This document shows, one piece after another, positions 17,163 through 27,673 of a stretch of DNA of 64,000 bases; within the stretch, counting starts at the first letter, position 1; the number at the start of each line of letters is the position of its first letter. This DNA comes from a virus, in IMG/VR virus record IMGVR_UViG_3300014720_000030, positions 11,547 to 75,546 of that record. One strand, given 5' to 3'. The position numbers were made by a program, and so were the translations under genes. The notes under the pieces were generated by a model, which saw only the letters and a program-made list of their open reading frames with translations, was not told where the DNA came from and did not search any database.

Positions 17163-19007
17163 TTATAAAATATTGTTTTCATCTAACATTGTACCTGTAT
17201 CTAAATTTGCTATATCCGTTGGATTAGCTAATGATTCAGTTATTATATTAGCCGTTTTATGTGTACGTTGTTTTATATGTTTTAAAATTTCATGCGATTC
17301 TCGTTGATATGGTTTAATTGTATCTGCAGCTCGCGGATCGGGTTGAAATGTTGTTTTTTGATTTTCTGGGCGAAATTGTTGATTGATTGTTTTGTTGCCA
17401 ATCGGATCCCATCCAAATTCATTTTTATGTTGACCAAATTTAATTCCTTCTTTTGGACGACCTCCTACATCTTTTTTCTCAACTTCATCTGATGACATAT
17501 GCATCGATGCTAAATCGTGTGGAGTGCCAAATGATACGCCTGTTACAGCTGGATCATTTCCTTCTTGTTCAATTTGATTTTGACGGAATCGCAATTTGAG
17601 ATCTTCAACGACATCGGTACGTTGTTGCAACCATTGGTCTTCCGACATATTAAATATGTATTCATAAATAAATTTATCTGATACTAATTTTGAATCTTTC
17701 ATTGCTGTTGCTAACGTCATTTTTTCAGTCATTAACGCAACTTTTTGTTGATCATAGATAATTGATGGAGCTGTTAATTCTAACTCAAATCCGACTAAAT
17801 CTTCTCCTTCAAATCCTTGTGTATATAAATGTACAATTGCAATTTTGTATAATTCTGAAACAAGTATTTTTTGAATACGTTCGATGGTTCTTGCAAAACG
17901 CATATCCATTGCTGCTAAATTAGTTTTACCTTCTACTGCTTCTGCATATCCTAAAAATGCTTTAGGAATTTTTAAAGCTCCGACCATTTTGTCTTTAATA
18001 TAGTTAATATCATCCATACCAGTAAATGTCATTCCTGGTAATGTATCAATCGATGTAGTAGAATTGCCACCGCGAACTGGTAAATAATAATCTTCCAACA
18101 TGTTGTTAAGATTAAATTTTAAATTGTAATTACCCGTGTGCGGATCAACGTGTGGAATTTTTTTCATTTTATTGATAATTTGTTCCATGAATGAATCAAC
18201 TTCATTTGGCGGAATATTACCAATATCGATCTTAAAAATACGTTTTTCTGGTGCACGCATGATACGATGTATTAACATTGCATCTTCCATCATCATTAAT
18301 TTTTGAAATTCTTTACGTGCTCCTTCTAACATGGATCTACCATACGGCAAAAAGTTAGAATCTGATAACATTCGAAAATGTGCAATTTCGAAAACATCGT
18401 ATGTTAAATGTTGATTTCCTACATGTTTAAATTGAATTTTATACTCACCCGTGGCTTCGTCATATTCTTCCCAACGTTCAATTTCATAACTAGAAAATGG
18501 TCTTACGTTAATAACGCCAATTTCATTTGCAATATCTAATTTTAAAAAGAAATCGCCATATTTGGTCATGTTACGAATCCATGTCCACAAATTAAATTCT
18601 ATGTTTAAAATATCATAAAATAAATTATAAAGTATTTTTTGAATTCTAGTATTGTTAGTTTTAATAGTTAAAACATCTCCGAATTGATCTGCAAGTGTAG
18701 ATTCATCCGAATAAATATCTAATGCAGCACTAATTATCGGATCGCGGTCCATCATTTCGTAATCTGCATAAAGTTGCATACGATTTTGATGCATATAGTA
18801 ATTTGAATCATATCCCCCCATACCACCAACTCGATGCTTATTAGCACCATGTAATCGCGTATAACGGTCAGCAACTTTGGTTTGATTTAAATTTCCGCGG
18901 GCTTGCAATTGATTTGTATCTACAACTTTAAGTCGATCTTTACCATATGATCGCACAACGACGTTAGTAGCAAAAAGGTTTTGTAAGCGTTTTCTTAATG
19001 TAGGCAT
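17163..19007 (-). CDS. gp20: Portal vertex protein (T4 gp20-like)
   Basis: YEMMDRDP, MEDAMLIHRIMRAPEKRIFKIDIGN, EDYYLP, IDTLPG, ALKIP. Confidence 0.95.
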   Translation of the reverse strand: MPTLRKRLQNLFATNVVVRSYGKDRLKVVDTNQLQARGNLNQTKVADRYTRLHGANKHRVGGMGGYDSNYYMHQNRMQLYADYEMMDRDPIISAALDIYSDESTLADQFGDVLTIKTNNTRIQKILYNLFYDILNIEFNLWTWIRNMTKYGDFFLKLDIANEIGVINVRPFSSYEIERWEEYDEATGEYKIQFKHVGNQHLTYDVFEIAHFRMLSDSNFLPYGRSMLEGARKEFQKLMMMEDAMLIHRIMRAPEKRIFKIDIGNIPPNEVDSFMEQIINKMKKIPHVDPHTGNYNLKFNLNNMLEDYYLPVRGGNSTTSIDTLPGMTFTGMDDINYIKDKMVGALKIPKAFLGYAEAVEGKTNLAAMDMRFARTIERIQKILVSELYKIAIVHLYTQGFEGEDLVGFELELTAPSIIYDQQKVALMTEKMTLATAMKDSKLVSDKFIYEYIFNMSEDQWLQQRTDVVEDLKLRFRQNQIEQEGNDPAVTGVSFGTPHDLASMHMSSDEVEKKDVGGRPKEGIKFGQHKNEFGWDPIGNKTINQQFRPENQKTTFQPDPRAADTIKPYQRESHEILKHIKQRTHKTANIITESLANPTDIANLDTGTMLDENNIL

Positions 19008-19055
19008 ATTTTTAACTATTTTAATATAAATATAACTTGATTTAGAACTACACCG

Positions 19056-20633
19056 TTAACGTATCAACCATGTCAAATCTTCATCATTTCGGCCATTGTT
19101 CCATGTCCATCCATCTGTGTCGTTAGACGGCCGACCTGTATATATTTTTGTTTCAGATTTTTGAAACTGCGAAAGTGTGCGCTTATGAAGTTCTATTCCT
19201 TGTTGTCGCAATTTAAGCGATGTATCTCGTAACCATAATCCAATACAGAATGACATAACAAGGTCATCATTATAACCACTTTGTGATTGTGCTTTGCCAT
19301 TTAACCAAATAAACACAAACAATTCTTGTATCAATCTTTTTGAACGAATTACAGGTGTTCGTTCTCGCATATACATTTCAAGTGCTGATATCATTAATGG
19401 CCGCGTACGCGAGGTTGTTGATACTCCAGGAACCATCTGTGATTTATCCTTCATATCATAACCTTTTTTAAGTTGCACATCTACATCAATATATCCATCA
19501 TCTTTATATGTATAAAATAAATTTTCATAGCTTCGGTCTAATGCGGGTTGAATTGCTGCCCAACCAATATTGGCATTTTCTATTGCTAGCAATGCATTGT
19601 TCCATTCCGTTGCAACTGATACAAGCATATTACCAAAATCTTTAGGAGGCAATTTACCTTTATATTCTGCAACTTGCGCAACTGTTTCAACATCAATAAC
19701 ATGAAAAGTAGACCAGTCAGCACCGTCACCACGAGCAACGTCTGCTACTACTATGTAATTTTTTTCATAGTTAGGATATTCCCAAATCCAATATGCATTA
19801 TCAAATCCTCTACGTTCAATTGGCTCACTGCATTTATTTTCATAATCTAAAAGAATAGAACCATCTATGACAGTGTGCCCGGATGAAATAAAGTCACAGT
19901 CACATTCTTGTGCTGCACTTCGTTCTCCTAGCAATTGAGTTTGTTCATCGCGCCATTGTTGATCTCGATCCGGATGTACGGTCCAATGCAATTTAATTGT
20001 GTGAAATCCGTTGATGTTTGATTCAGCATCTGCCCAAGTTTGATGAAACCAATTACCTACCCCATTGGGTGTAGATAATACAACCGCACCGCCACCTGTT
20101 GATAATGTTGCTTGCGATGCTACCCATATTTCTTCAATGTTTCGAATAAATGCAGCCTCATCAATAATTAACAACGACAATGCTTCTGAACGTGCACCGG
20201 TGGTTGCAGATGAAACTGCTTTAATTTGCGAGCCATTTTTAAACTTCAACGAAAGTTTGTTGTCTGCTTCAATAGTTCCCTTCAACCAACTTGGTAAATT
20301 GTCATGCATTACGCGCACTTTAGTTACCAAATTTTTTGCTACTTCTTGAGTTGTTGCAATAACAAGAACATTGAAATCTTCTTTAAATAACATGCTCCAT
20401 AAAGCAAATCCGGCTGCTAATGTTGATATACCTAACTGACGTGATTTCAAAATTACATTGTATCGATTATCTCGCAATTCGGTTAATGTATGTTCCTGAA
20501 AATTGTAAAGATTGAATTTGATCTTGCCGCGTTTTGGATGTTGAATATAACAATATTGCCGCATAAAAAAAACAGGATCTTTAGCACACATTGTGTACTG
20601 TTGTTGAATGATCTGTTTTATGTTTTGTGACAT
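19056..20633 (-). CDS. gp17: Terminase large subunit (T4 gp17-like)
   Basis: KSRQLGIST, IIDEAAF, STPNG, ADVARGDGAD, NDDLVMS. Confidence 0.95.
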   Translation of the reverse strand: MSQNIKQIIQQQYTMCAKDPVFFMRQYCYIQHPKRGKIKFNLYNFQEHTLTELRDNRYNVILKSRQLGISTLAAGFALWSMLFKEDFNVLVIATTQEVAKNLVTKVRVMHDNLPSWLKGTIEADNKLSLKFKNGSQIKAVSSATTGARSEALSLLIIDEAAFIRNIEEIWVASQATLSTGGGAVVLSTPNGVGNWFHQTWADAESNINGFHTIKLHWTVHPDRDQQWRDEQTQLLGERSAAQECDCDFISSGHTVIDGSILLDYENKCSEPIERRGFDNAYWIWEYPNYEKNYIVVADVARGDGADWSTFHVIDVETVAQVAEYKGKLPPKDFGNMLVSVATEWNNALLAIENANIGWAAIQPALDRSYENLFYTYKDDGYIDVDVQLKKGYDMKDKSQMVPGVSTTSRTRPLMISALEMYMRERTPVIRSKRLIQELFVFIWLNGKAQSQSGYNDDLVMSFCIGLWLRDTSLKLRQQGIELHKRTLSQFQKSETKIYTGRPSNDTDGWTWNNGRNDEDLTWLIR

Positions 20634-20634
20634 A

Positions 20635-21015
20635 TTATTTTAATATTTCGTTAATTAATATTCCAGAACCCAATGTTGTGAATATACCCGCAGCAAACCA
20701 TAATCCTTTTGAATCATACCATTTTGGTTTAAGATATCGTTCTCTGCGTATGTATAGATCTACGTTTTCTTGAAGCAATTTGATTTGTTGATTTTTATAT
20801 ACAAGCTGTATAGAATCTAGTTTAATCAATGCAGATTGTTGCGTTGTTAATGTTTTAAATGTTTCAATCATTGCATTGTTAATTGAATCTGCCGCATACA
20901 ATGAATCTAATGTATACGAAATATCAACAATTTCTTGTTGAGTAAAACATGTATCTGGTGTAGTTTGTGCAACAGCAAATACCGGAAATAATAATGCTAC
21001 TAATAATCGTTTCAT
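20635..21015 (-). CDS. Secreted coiled-coil protein with C-terminal hydrophobic anchor (spanin-like?)
   Basis: Signal peptide MKRLLVALLFPVFAVAQ; C-terminal KPKWY..GLWFAAGIFTTLGSGILI. Confidence 0.55.
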   Translation of the reverse strand: MKRLLVALLFPVFAVAQTTPDTCFTQQEIVDISYTLDSLYAADSINNAMIETFKTLTTQQSALIKLDSIQLVYKNQQIKLLQENVDLYIRRERYLKPKWYDSKGLWFAAGIFTTLGSGILINEILK

Positions 21016-21016
21016 G

Positions 21017-21352
21017 TTATTTTTTTGTTTTTCGTCCACGACGTGTTTTATTTAAAATGTTTTGTTTTGCTTGATCAACCGGTAATTCTGCAGGTTGAAT
21101 ATTTTCTTTCGCATTTTGTAATGTTGCAATGTCTTGTTGAGTTTCTTGAATGTCTTGTTTAACTGCATTGCGTTGATCGTCAATTACTTCAGTTTTGCCT
21201 TGAAGTACATCTATTTGTTGATTGTTAGCATCAATTTTTTTATCAATTTTTGATACTTTCTTTTTGTCTATTTTATCTTTTGCAAATAAAATAGCAACAA
21301 CTGCTAAAATTGCTCCTACAATAACAGCCCAATATTTTTTAATTGTTTTCAT
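21017..21352 (-). CDS. N-terminal TM coiled-coil protein (i-spanin-like?)
   Basis: WAVIVGAILAVVAILFA then heptad repeats. Confidence 0.55.
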   Translation of the reverse strand: MKTIKKYWAVIVGAILAVVAILFAKDKIDKKKVSKIDKKIDANNQQIDVLQGKTEVIDDQRNAVKQDIQETQQDIATLQNAKENIQPAELPVDQAKQNILNKTRRGRKTKK

Positions 21353-21989
21353 CTTGTTTTTCTTTTCTGTCTAAATTAGCTAAAAATTTTATTTTAAATT
21401 GTTCAAATTGTTGTTGTATGGTATTTTCAAATTCTTCTACAGTCATTTTTGCCGACCAATGTTCTACATGACCATCTGAATTTGATACGAATTGTTGTGT
21501 TTGTGTATATGTTTGTTTTAGTAATTCAACATCGCGTTCGGCATCTCGTAACCAAGCTAATGCATTTTCTCGAATTTTATGTTGTTCATATTCTTCGTAC
21601 GTGCCTGCCTTTTTCATTTCGTGTTCCATTTCGATTACGCAGTCAAAACACATTCCATGAATTTTTCTCATTTTTTGATCTAAATGATGAGTGCCGATAC
21701 AAGTACATACATTTTTTCTACAATTTGGAAATGAATGTAATTCGTCTCGCACGGACTGAAATATTTCAGAATTTTTTGTTTTTCGAATTCGAAAACCATC
21801 TCGTTGTTCTACAATGTACGCGTTTCCGTGAGCATCAGTTTCTTCCCACACGTCTCCGATTTCGCGATGTTCAGATTGTTTTCCTTTGGATTCTGCATCA
21901 GAAAATCCAACTATTTTTTTGGTTTGAAACTTGTGAGTGCCATCCAACATTTGTTGAACAGCTTTGATGTTTTGTAACTTTTTTGACAT
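21339..21989 (-). CDS. Hypothetical protein with Cys/His cluster
   Basis: CRKNVCTC...HGMCFDC. Confidence 0.7.
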   Translation of the reverse strand: MSKKLQNIKAVQQMLDGTHKFQTKKIVGFSDAESKGKQSEHREIGDVWEETDAHGNAYIVEQRDGFRIRKTKNSEIFQSVRDELHSFPNCRKNVCTCIGTHHLDQKMRKIHGMCFDCVIEMEHEMKKAGTYEEYEQHKIRENALAWLRDAERDVELLKQTYTQTQQFVSNSDGHVEHWSAKMTVEEFENTIQQQFEQFKIKFLANLDRKEKQDENN

Positions 21990-22004
21990 ATAACTTTATT
22001 AATT

Positions 22005-22883
22005 TTAAGATTCTTCATCCTCTGATGGAGTTTCTATTGTTATGTTTTTAATTTGACGAATTGCTAATTTTTTAGCACGTGCTGCATCTTCTGGACTTAA
22101 CTTTTTAATCATTGCAGATAATGGAGCAACTGCTGTTTGTGTTAATGTAGACGGGCCTTTTTCTTGTTTAGTTTTTAAAAATTCTAACCATTTTTTTACA
22201 ATAATAATTTTTTCTGCTTCTTTTTGTTCAGGCGTTTTTTCAGCATCTGGTGTTGGTGCCGTTGTTGCATCTGGTGTTGGTGCCGTTGTTGCATCTGGTG
22301 TAGGTGCTGTTGTTGTAGCTGTTGTTGCATCTGGTGTTGGTGCTGTTGTTGCATCCGGCGTTGGTGCCGTTGTTGCATCTGGTGTAGGTGCTGTTGTTGT
22401 AGCTGTTGGGTCTTCTTCCGGTGGTGGTGCCGTTGGGTCTTGTTGCTCTCGCAATACTTTAGCAATTTTTTTACGTAAGTATTCTCTAACCAATTGTTCT
22501 CGTTGTTTTGGCGATAATCGTTTAATTCGTTCATCTAATTCCGATGTTGTTACACCATGGTCGATTTTTTCGCGAGTATCAAAATATTCATCGGTATCTG
22601 TTTCTTGACGTTTACGTAAAACATTCATTGCATGTTTTGGATCGTAATCACCATCTTCAATTTTTTTATATAGTCGATCTTTTTCGGTATATTTAGGAAA
22701 CATTTTTCCATCATCTTGAATTGGTTTATCTGTTTTTCTAGCAACTTTTTCTTGACGTTTTCCTGTAGAATACGGATTCAATGCTCCAGCCTTATCATCG
22801 TGCGTATAATCTTTAATATCTTTGCGACGAGTTGGTTTTGCATTTTCTGGTTTTTTATATTTGCTTTTGTGTCGTTCAGCCAT
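22005..22883 (-). CDS. Hypothetical late protein with Pro/Thr repeat linker
   Basis: KVLREQ then (TTAPTPDA)x6; late promoter 22904-22911. Confidence 0.75.
   Translation of the reverse strand: MAERHKSKYKKPENAKPTRRKDIKDYTHDDKAGALNPYSTGKRQEKVARKTDKPIQDDGKMFPKYTEKDRLYKKIEDGDYDPKHAMNVLRKRQETDTDEYFDTREKIDHGVTTSELDERIKRLSPKQREQLVREYLRKKIAKVLREQQDPTAPPPEEDPTATTTAPTPDATTAPTPDATTAPTPDATTATTTAPTPDATTAPTPDATTAPTPDAEKTPEQKEAEKIIIVKKWLEFLKTKQEKGPSTLTQTAVAPLSAMIKKLSPEDAARAKKLAIRQIKNITIETPSEDEES
22243..22407. repeat. Coding tandem repeat, 24-nt unit x6 arranged as two larger blocks
   Basis: gcatctggtgttggtgccgttgtt and variants. Confidence 0.9.
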
Positions 22884-22912
22884 GATTAAATTCCAATTTT
22901 AATATAAATATA

Positions 22913-24916
22913 TCAACGTGCATATTTCAATACTCCTAGTATCTGATTAACAGGTGCGAATGCTCCGGTTAATTTGTATGTATTACCGCCATACGTAAAA
23001 ACTACTCCTTCAGATGGAACAATTGCATCAAATCCTCCCAATCGTTCAATGCGTTTAAGTTCTAATTCTAATTTTGCAACTGTCTGCGGATTTGGATTAT
23101 TTTGAAGTTCTTGAATAAGTTGTGCCAGCTCTTGTTTAATTTCTTGTACCGTTTTTGACGGATTAGCTGCTAAGAAATTTTCTGCATTTTTTAATGCCAC
23201 TGCACCTAAACGTAAAAACAATGTTTCAAATGGTTCCATGTTTTGTTTGTAGTAACGTTTAAATTCATTTTTATCAAATTCTTGCACCCAATTTAAAAAT
23301 TCTGCATTATCTATTTGTTTTTTAAGTGTGGTCATGCTTTCTGATTTATCGAAAAATGCCCAACGATATATCAATGCATTTAATACAGTTTCCGGAATAT
23401 CATATCCCATTTTATTTGCTTGTGTTTTAATAACATCTGACCACCAAGCTCGATGATACTCAGTTAATCGATCAGTATCTTTAAGACCGTAACGATTTTG
23501 TAATTGTGCAACTTCATTAAAAAATGCTGCTTGTTGATCTTCAAAATCAGAAATTTTACCTATCTTGATTCGCTGCGGAGGAATAAATGAAAATGTTTTT
23601 TGAAGATGTGCATTGGCATCTTGAATAATACCTTGCAAAGTGCCGCCGCCTGATAGATCTGTTTCTACTTGATTACCTTGTTCATCATATTCTATTAAAT
23701 TGTGAAATTGTAACACTGCAACTTCATATGAAATAACATTTTTTGTAGCCGGATAAATAATTTCCATGTTTGCAAATACTCGACCATTCTTAAAAATTTG
23801 ATTGAGTTTATCTTGCGGTACGCGACTAAATGCTTCAGCTAAATCTTCTGCCGCATTTCCAAATGCATCTGATATTGGGCCACGACCTCCAAATTTATCT
23901 TGTATTTCTTGTACCGTCATTGGATTAATAACAGTACCTTTATTTCGTGCAAATCCAATTTGTCCGTTTTTCCAAGTTACTTGAATGTTTTGCCCGTCGG
24001 TTTTTTCTGTTACTGCTTGTTCAATATCTAACCGGCCTTCTAATGCACGAGATATAATTTCTTTGACATCGCTAAACGTTAAACCATGATCATCCCATGG
24101 ATGTGCCATATGACCTGCAGCACCACCTTCGGTTAAAATTGCTCCGTATACTGTTTTTGGAAATTTATTAAAATCATATACAAAAGAACGTTCTTGATGT
24201 GAATCTAAGTATGATCTTAGTTTGTTTATTTTTTTGTTATGTAGATTACGTTCTGAAGTATTCATTACTGCTTCAATTACTTCATCTACATCTTCTTGCA
24301 ATTGTTTAGTCCACCAAGTCGACGTAAATAATGCTTCTTGCAAACCGGTTACAACTTGCCACGCATTTTTTACTAGAGCATCTTTGAATTGCGGATATGA
24401 TGCACGAAATGTTTCATAATCTCGATCCGTAATAGCTTTGCGTACGACGGTTGCTGATATAGGTGTTCCATCAGCATATGTTTCTGGATCTACATCGATA
24501 CTTAATTCGGTTGCATCAACGCCCATAGGTATTTTGCGTCCTTTTTTATCACCAATGGTTGCATATTTGTCTACATTAGGAATAAATGCTTTTGCTCTAA
24601 CATAATCATCGCCTTTTGTAGATGCAGCCATGGCATATCGTCCTTTTGCATCTGATGATAATGCAAACAAATATTCGTACGCTGCCATTATCGGTGAATT
24701 GAATTCGGTAGGTTGAATTCGTATGTCCGGATTATCATTGAGCAGATTAAACATTTCAATGCTTTGTTCTCGCGTAATTCCTTCTCTAGGTTGAGGTCCA
24801 ATCAATAATATTACTTGGCCTACTTGTGGCGATTCGGCATATCGTTGTGCTAATGCTAAATGTGCTCCTGTTAATGGTTTAAATCCACCTGGAAATAAAA
24901 CTGTTATTTTATCCAT
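22913..24916 (-). CDS. HxGH nucleotidyltransferase fused to ATP-dependent ligase-like (KxDG) domain
   Basis: Likely start MDKITV; FPGGFKPLTGAH and ISATVVR; then GGAAGHMAHP, TEKTDGQN, SEGVVF, YKLTG. Confidence 0.7.
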   Translation of the reverse strand: MDKITVLFPGGFKPLTGAHLALAQRYAESPQVGQVILLIGPQPREGITREQSIEMFNLLNDNPDIRIQPTEFNSPIMAAYEYLFALSSDAKGRYAMAASTKGDDYVRAKAFIPNVDKYATIGDKKGRKIPMGVDATELSIDVDPETYADGTPISATVVRKAITDRDYETFRASYPQFKDALVKNAWQVVTGLQEALFTSTWWTKQLQEDVDEVIEAVMNTSERNLHNKKINKLRSYLDSHQERSFVYDFNKFPKTVYGAILTEGGAAGHMAHPWDDHGLTFSDVKEIISRALEGRLDIEQAVTEKTDGQNIQVTWKNGQIGFARNKGTVINPMTVQEIQDKFGGRGPISDAFGNAAEDLAEAFSRVPQDKLNQIFKNGRVFANMEIIYPATKNVISYEVAVLQFHNLIEYDEQGNQVETDLSGGGTLQGIIQDANAHLQKTFSFIPPQRIKIGKISDFEDQQAAFFNEVAQLQNRYGLKDTDRLTEYHRAWWSDVIKTQANKMGYDIPETVLNALIYRWAFFDKSESMTTLKKQIDNAEFLNWVQEFDKNEFKRYYKQNMEPFETLFLRLGAVALKNAENFLAANPSKTVQEIKQELAQLIQELQNNPNPQTVAKLELELKRIERLGGFDAIVPSEGVVFTYGGNTYKLTGAFAPVNQILGVLKYAR

Positions 24917-24938
24917 TATGTTCCGTTTTATATAAATA

Positions 24939-27647
24939 TTATGACACTGGATTCGTCGGTGCAAGAACGCTACCGCCGACGGTTCTACTAGTTCTAAAAA
25001 CAAAATTCTTTAATTTTAATGTACCTGTCAAGCTTGTTGCATTTGACACTTCAATTTGAGTATGAATTAATACGTAATGTCCTTGTCGGTTTGTTATGCC
25101 ATTAGCACTACCTTTAATTTCAATAGTATCTGCTCCAGATCTTTGACTTGATGTGGGTACGGTAACGATAGAAGCTTGTTGTAATAATTGAGCTTGATTA
25201 TTAAATGTTCCGTATGATCCTAATCCAGTATTAGAACCAGTTATCGCACTCGCAATGAATGATGATATTTGAAATGTTTTATTACCACCGACTGCATCAG
25301 TACGATCTGCGTAATATGTATATGATAATTGCATATTAGTTTCGCCAGGTAATATAAATGTTTGAAATGATGGGCCTGCTACATGAGAGCCTGTAATTCC
25401 AGACGCAGTAGTAGGCAATGTAGACATATCATATGTATATTCAGATTGATCAAAATAAACAATGCGACCTACATTCAAACCATCGACAAATTCATTATTT
25501 GAATCAAATAATACTTGTCCTCCTTGTATTGCAATAAAAGCTGATGCTGTTACGTTACCTTGTGCGGTTAAATGAAATCCGCTTGCAGATATTTCAATAT
25601 TACCGTTAGCCCCACTAATAAACGTTGTTGCAGGATTTCCAAAAAAGAATTTATCCGTCCGAACATCAATTTCTGAATCTGTAGTTGAATATCTAAAGTA
25701 GCTTGATGTATTTGCATAAAGTTCTAATCCAACGCCACTATATGCTCCACCCCCCTTGGTTCCAGCACTGCCTGGTAATGCTGAACCAGACCAAAGCAAG
25801 AAACCAGGAAATCCTGCTGCAAATCCTTCATATCCTAGCGATCTAACGAAACCCGAATTTGGATATCCACTGATTGCTACGCCACTATTTAATGAATCGG
25901 CTACATACAAAGATCCAGTAAGCATTGAATAATCGCCATCAATGTATCGGTTACCGCCTTCCCAATCTTTATTGTAAACATATGATATTTGTTTGCTTCG
26001 CTCTCCCGTTACATTGTAAAATTCTGCTTTAAATGAAATTTGGTTGTCAATTTTATGCGTAGTTTGTATAGGCGTTTTTATGCGAGCGTAATTAGGAGTA
26101 TATCCTGCATCATTGTCTGTAGTTACTCGAATGTCTGCAACTTGCCAGACGCCTGACTCTGCTACTAAGAGCAACGTGCCTGTTCCGCGATACTCTGATT
26201 CAAAGTTTAAAACAACATCATCAAATCGCTGATTATCGCCCGTAGCACGTAACTCGCCAATGCGTTTACCAAATTTTACAGAAAATTCTTGATTGAAATA
26301 ATCAGTGGGGTCTGCATAAAATGAACTACCAGATACGTATACTGATAATACTGGATCCTCTGTTATGCGTGTTGCTAATGCATCAATCGTAACTTTATAT
26401 GCAGAGTTTTCAATGAATACGCCATTAGTTGTTGTTTTTGCAACAAGTACAGAATTTTTTGCAGACAAATCAATTGAACTAGAAATTTTCATTGCATTGT
26501 TCAATGAAGCCGTTGTATACACTAATGCAGGAGCTGTGGTTTGAACACCTTGCAAATAAGCTGATGCTGACCAATATGTATCGATCGTGTTTTGCGATGT
26601 AAATGACCCGACTGCTAAATCAGGAAACAATGATGCAGTGTTTGCAACAAAAATTTCTGTTTCTTCTAATTCTACATCATTAACCAAATCCCATGTACCA
26701 ACGGTACCGTTATTGTTTGTAAATACTTTGATTCTAGAAACATCACCGGTTGCTGGGTCTAATCCTTTAATTTGTATGTAAGCAAATGATTGAGAATTTT
26801 CAGTTGCAACATAGGTAGGTGTTGCTTCATATGTTAATGAAAATGTAGAATTTGCAAATGCTGAATATGTATGTGCAGATATACTTTGACTGCTATAAAC
26901 TGTATATTCTGTATCTAACAATGCCGTTGTTGGAGATAGTATCTTTTTAATTGTTGATACATATGGCGTAGTTGCAACAGCATACGCCGGGGTAGGACTA
27001 GGCGTCGTTGGAGTAGAAACTGTTATAGTTCCGGTTTGCATATCCGCAGTAAATTGTCCTCCGGTGATTTCAATCGCTGGTTGATTGTTATATGAATAAT
27101 ATCGTACTTGACCCGTTGTGTACACAGGAAACTGCGTACTACCTGAATATATTCTATTTAGTTGTACTCCTATTATTTCTTCAACTGTTATCTCAGGAAC
27201 AGTTTCAAAAATTATTTCTGATACGTTTGATACATTTGGATTAACTGGCACAGTTCTTGACCATCGTACGTTAGGTTTTCCTTGCCATTCTGTAGGTACA
27301 GCCCGTTGATTAACAATACTAGCTTCTGCTAAAAGTGTTACGGTGCAATCTCCCGGAGATGTTTCTTCATAAATGTAAATTGCAATAACGCGCGATTTAT
27401 CTTCATCAATATAATCCACAACTTCATGATAAATTGGATCGCCGTTATAATCTAATATTTCAATGCCTAACGAACCACCTACTTTGAGATTAAATGGATT
27501 ACCGCGAAGTTTAAATAGATTTTTACCTGCAGTTAGGCGCGTTGGAAATTCAGATATTTGAAAATAGTCAGGAGATGTAAGTGAAGCATCTTCAAAATAA
27601 ACTGGCGTAAATTGTAGTCCTTTATATACAGCTTCTTTGCGTTTCAT
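24939..27647 (-). CDS. Large tail/baseplate-associated structural protein
   Basis: Likely start MKRKEAV after late promoter 27667-27674; beta-rich, SGS/TAS-rich. Confidence 0.6.
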   Translation of the reverse strand: MKRKEAVYKGLQFTPVYFEDASLTSPDYFQISEFPTRLTAGKNLFKLRGNPFNLKVGGSLGIEILDYNGDPIYHEVVDYIDEDKSRVIAIYIYEETSPGDCTVTLLAEASIVNQRAVPTEWQGKPNVRWSRTVPVNPNVSNVSEIIFETVPEITVEEIIGVQLNRIYSGSTQFPVYTTGQVRYYSYNNQPAIEITGGQFTADMQTGTITVSTPTTPSPTPAYAVATTPYVSTIKKILSPTTALLDTEYTVYSSQSISAHTYSAFANSTFSLTYEATPTYVATENSQSFAYIQIKGLDPATGDVSRIKVFTNNNGTVGTWDLVNDVELEETEIFVANTASLFPDLAVGSFTSQNTIDTYWSASAYLQGVQTTAPALVYTTASLNNAMKISSSIDLSAKNSVLVAKTTTNGVFIENSAYKVTIDALATRITEDPVLSVYVSGSSFYADPTDYFNQEFSVKFGKRIGELRATGDNQRFDDVVLNFESEYRGTGTLLLVAESGVWQVADIRVTTDNDAGYTPNYARIKTPIQTTHKIDNQISFKAEFYNVTGERSKQISYVYNKDWEGGNRYIDGDYSMLTGSLYVADSLNSGVAISGYPNSGFVRSLGYEGFAAGFPGFLLWSGSALPGSAGTKGGGAYSGVGLELYANTSSYFRYSTTDSEIDVRTDKFFFGNPATTFISGANGNIEISASGFHLTAQGNVTASAFIAIQGGQVLFDSNNEFVDGLNVGRIVYFDQSEYTYDMSTLPTTASGITGSHVAGPSFQTFILPGETNMQLSYTYYADRTDAVGGNKTFQISSFIASAITGSNTGLGSYGTFNNQAQLLQQASIVTVPTSSQRSGADTIEIKGSANGITNRQGHYVLIHTQIEVSNATSLTGTLKLKNFVFRTSRTVGGSVLAPTNPVS

Positions 27648-27673
27648 TGTGCAAAATATCTTTAATATAAATA

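Noticed and set aside
22243-22407. Possible CRISPR array
   Set aside because: Contiguous in-frame repeats with no unique spacers
22196-22534. Poly-Q/H and Cys/Trp-rich ORFs
   Set aside because: Alternative frames of the TTAPTPDA repeat
24917-25003. Longest-ORF starts in the track (25003; also 5835, 10978, 21039, 27683, 34237, 49937)
   Set aside because: They overlap upstream genes or promoters; downstream ATGs have better start context
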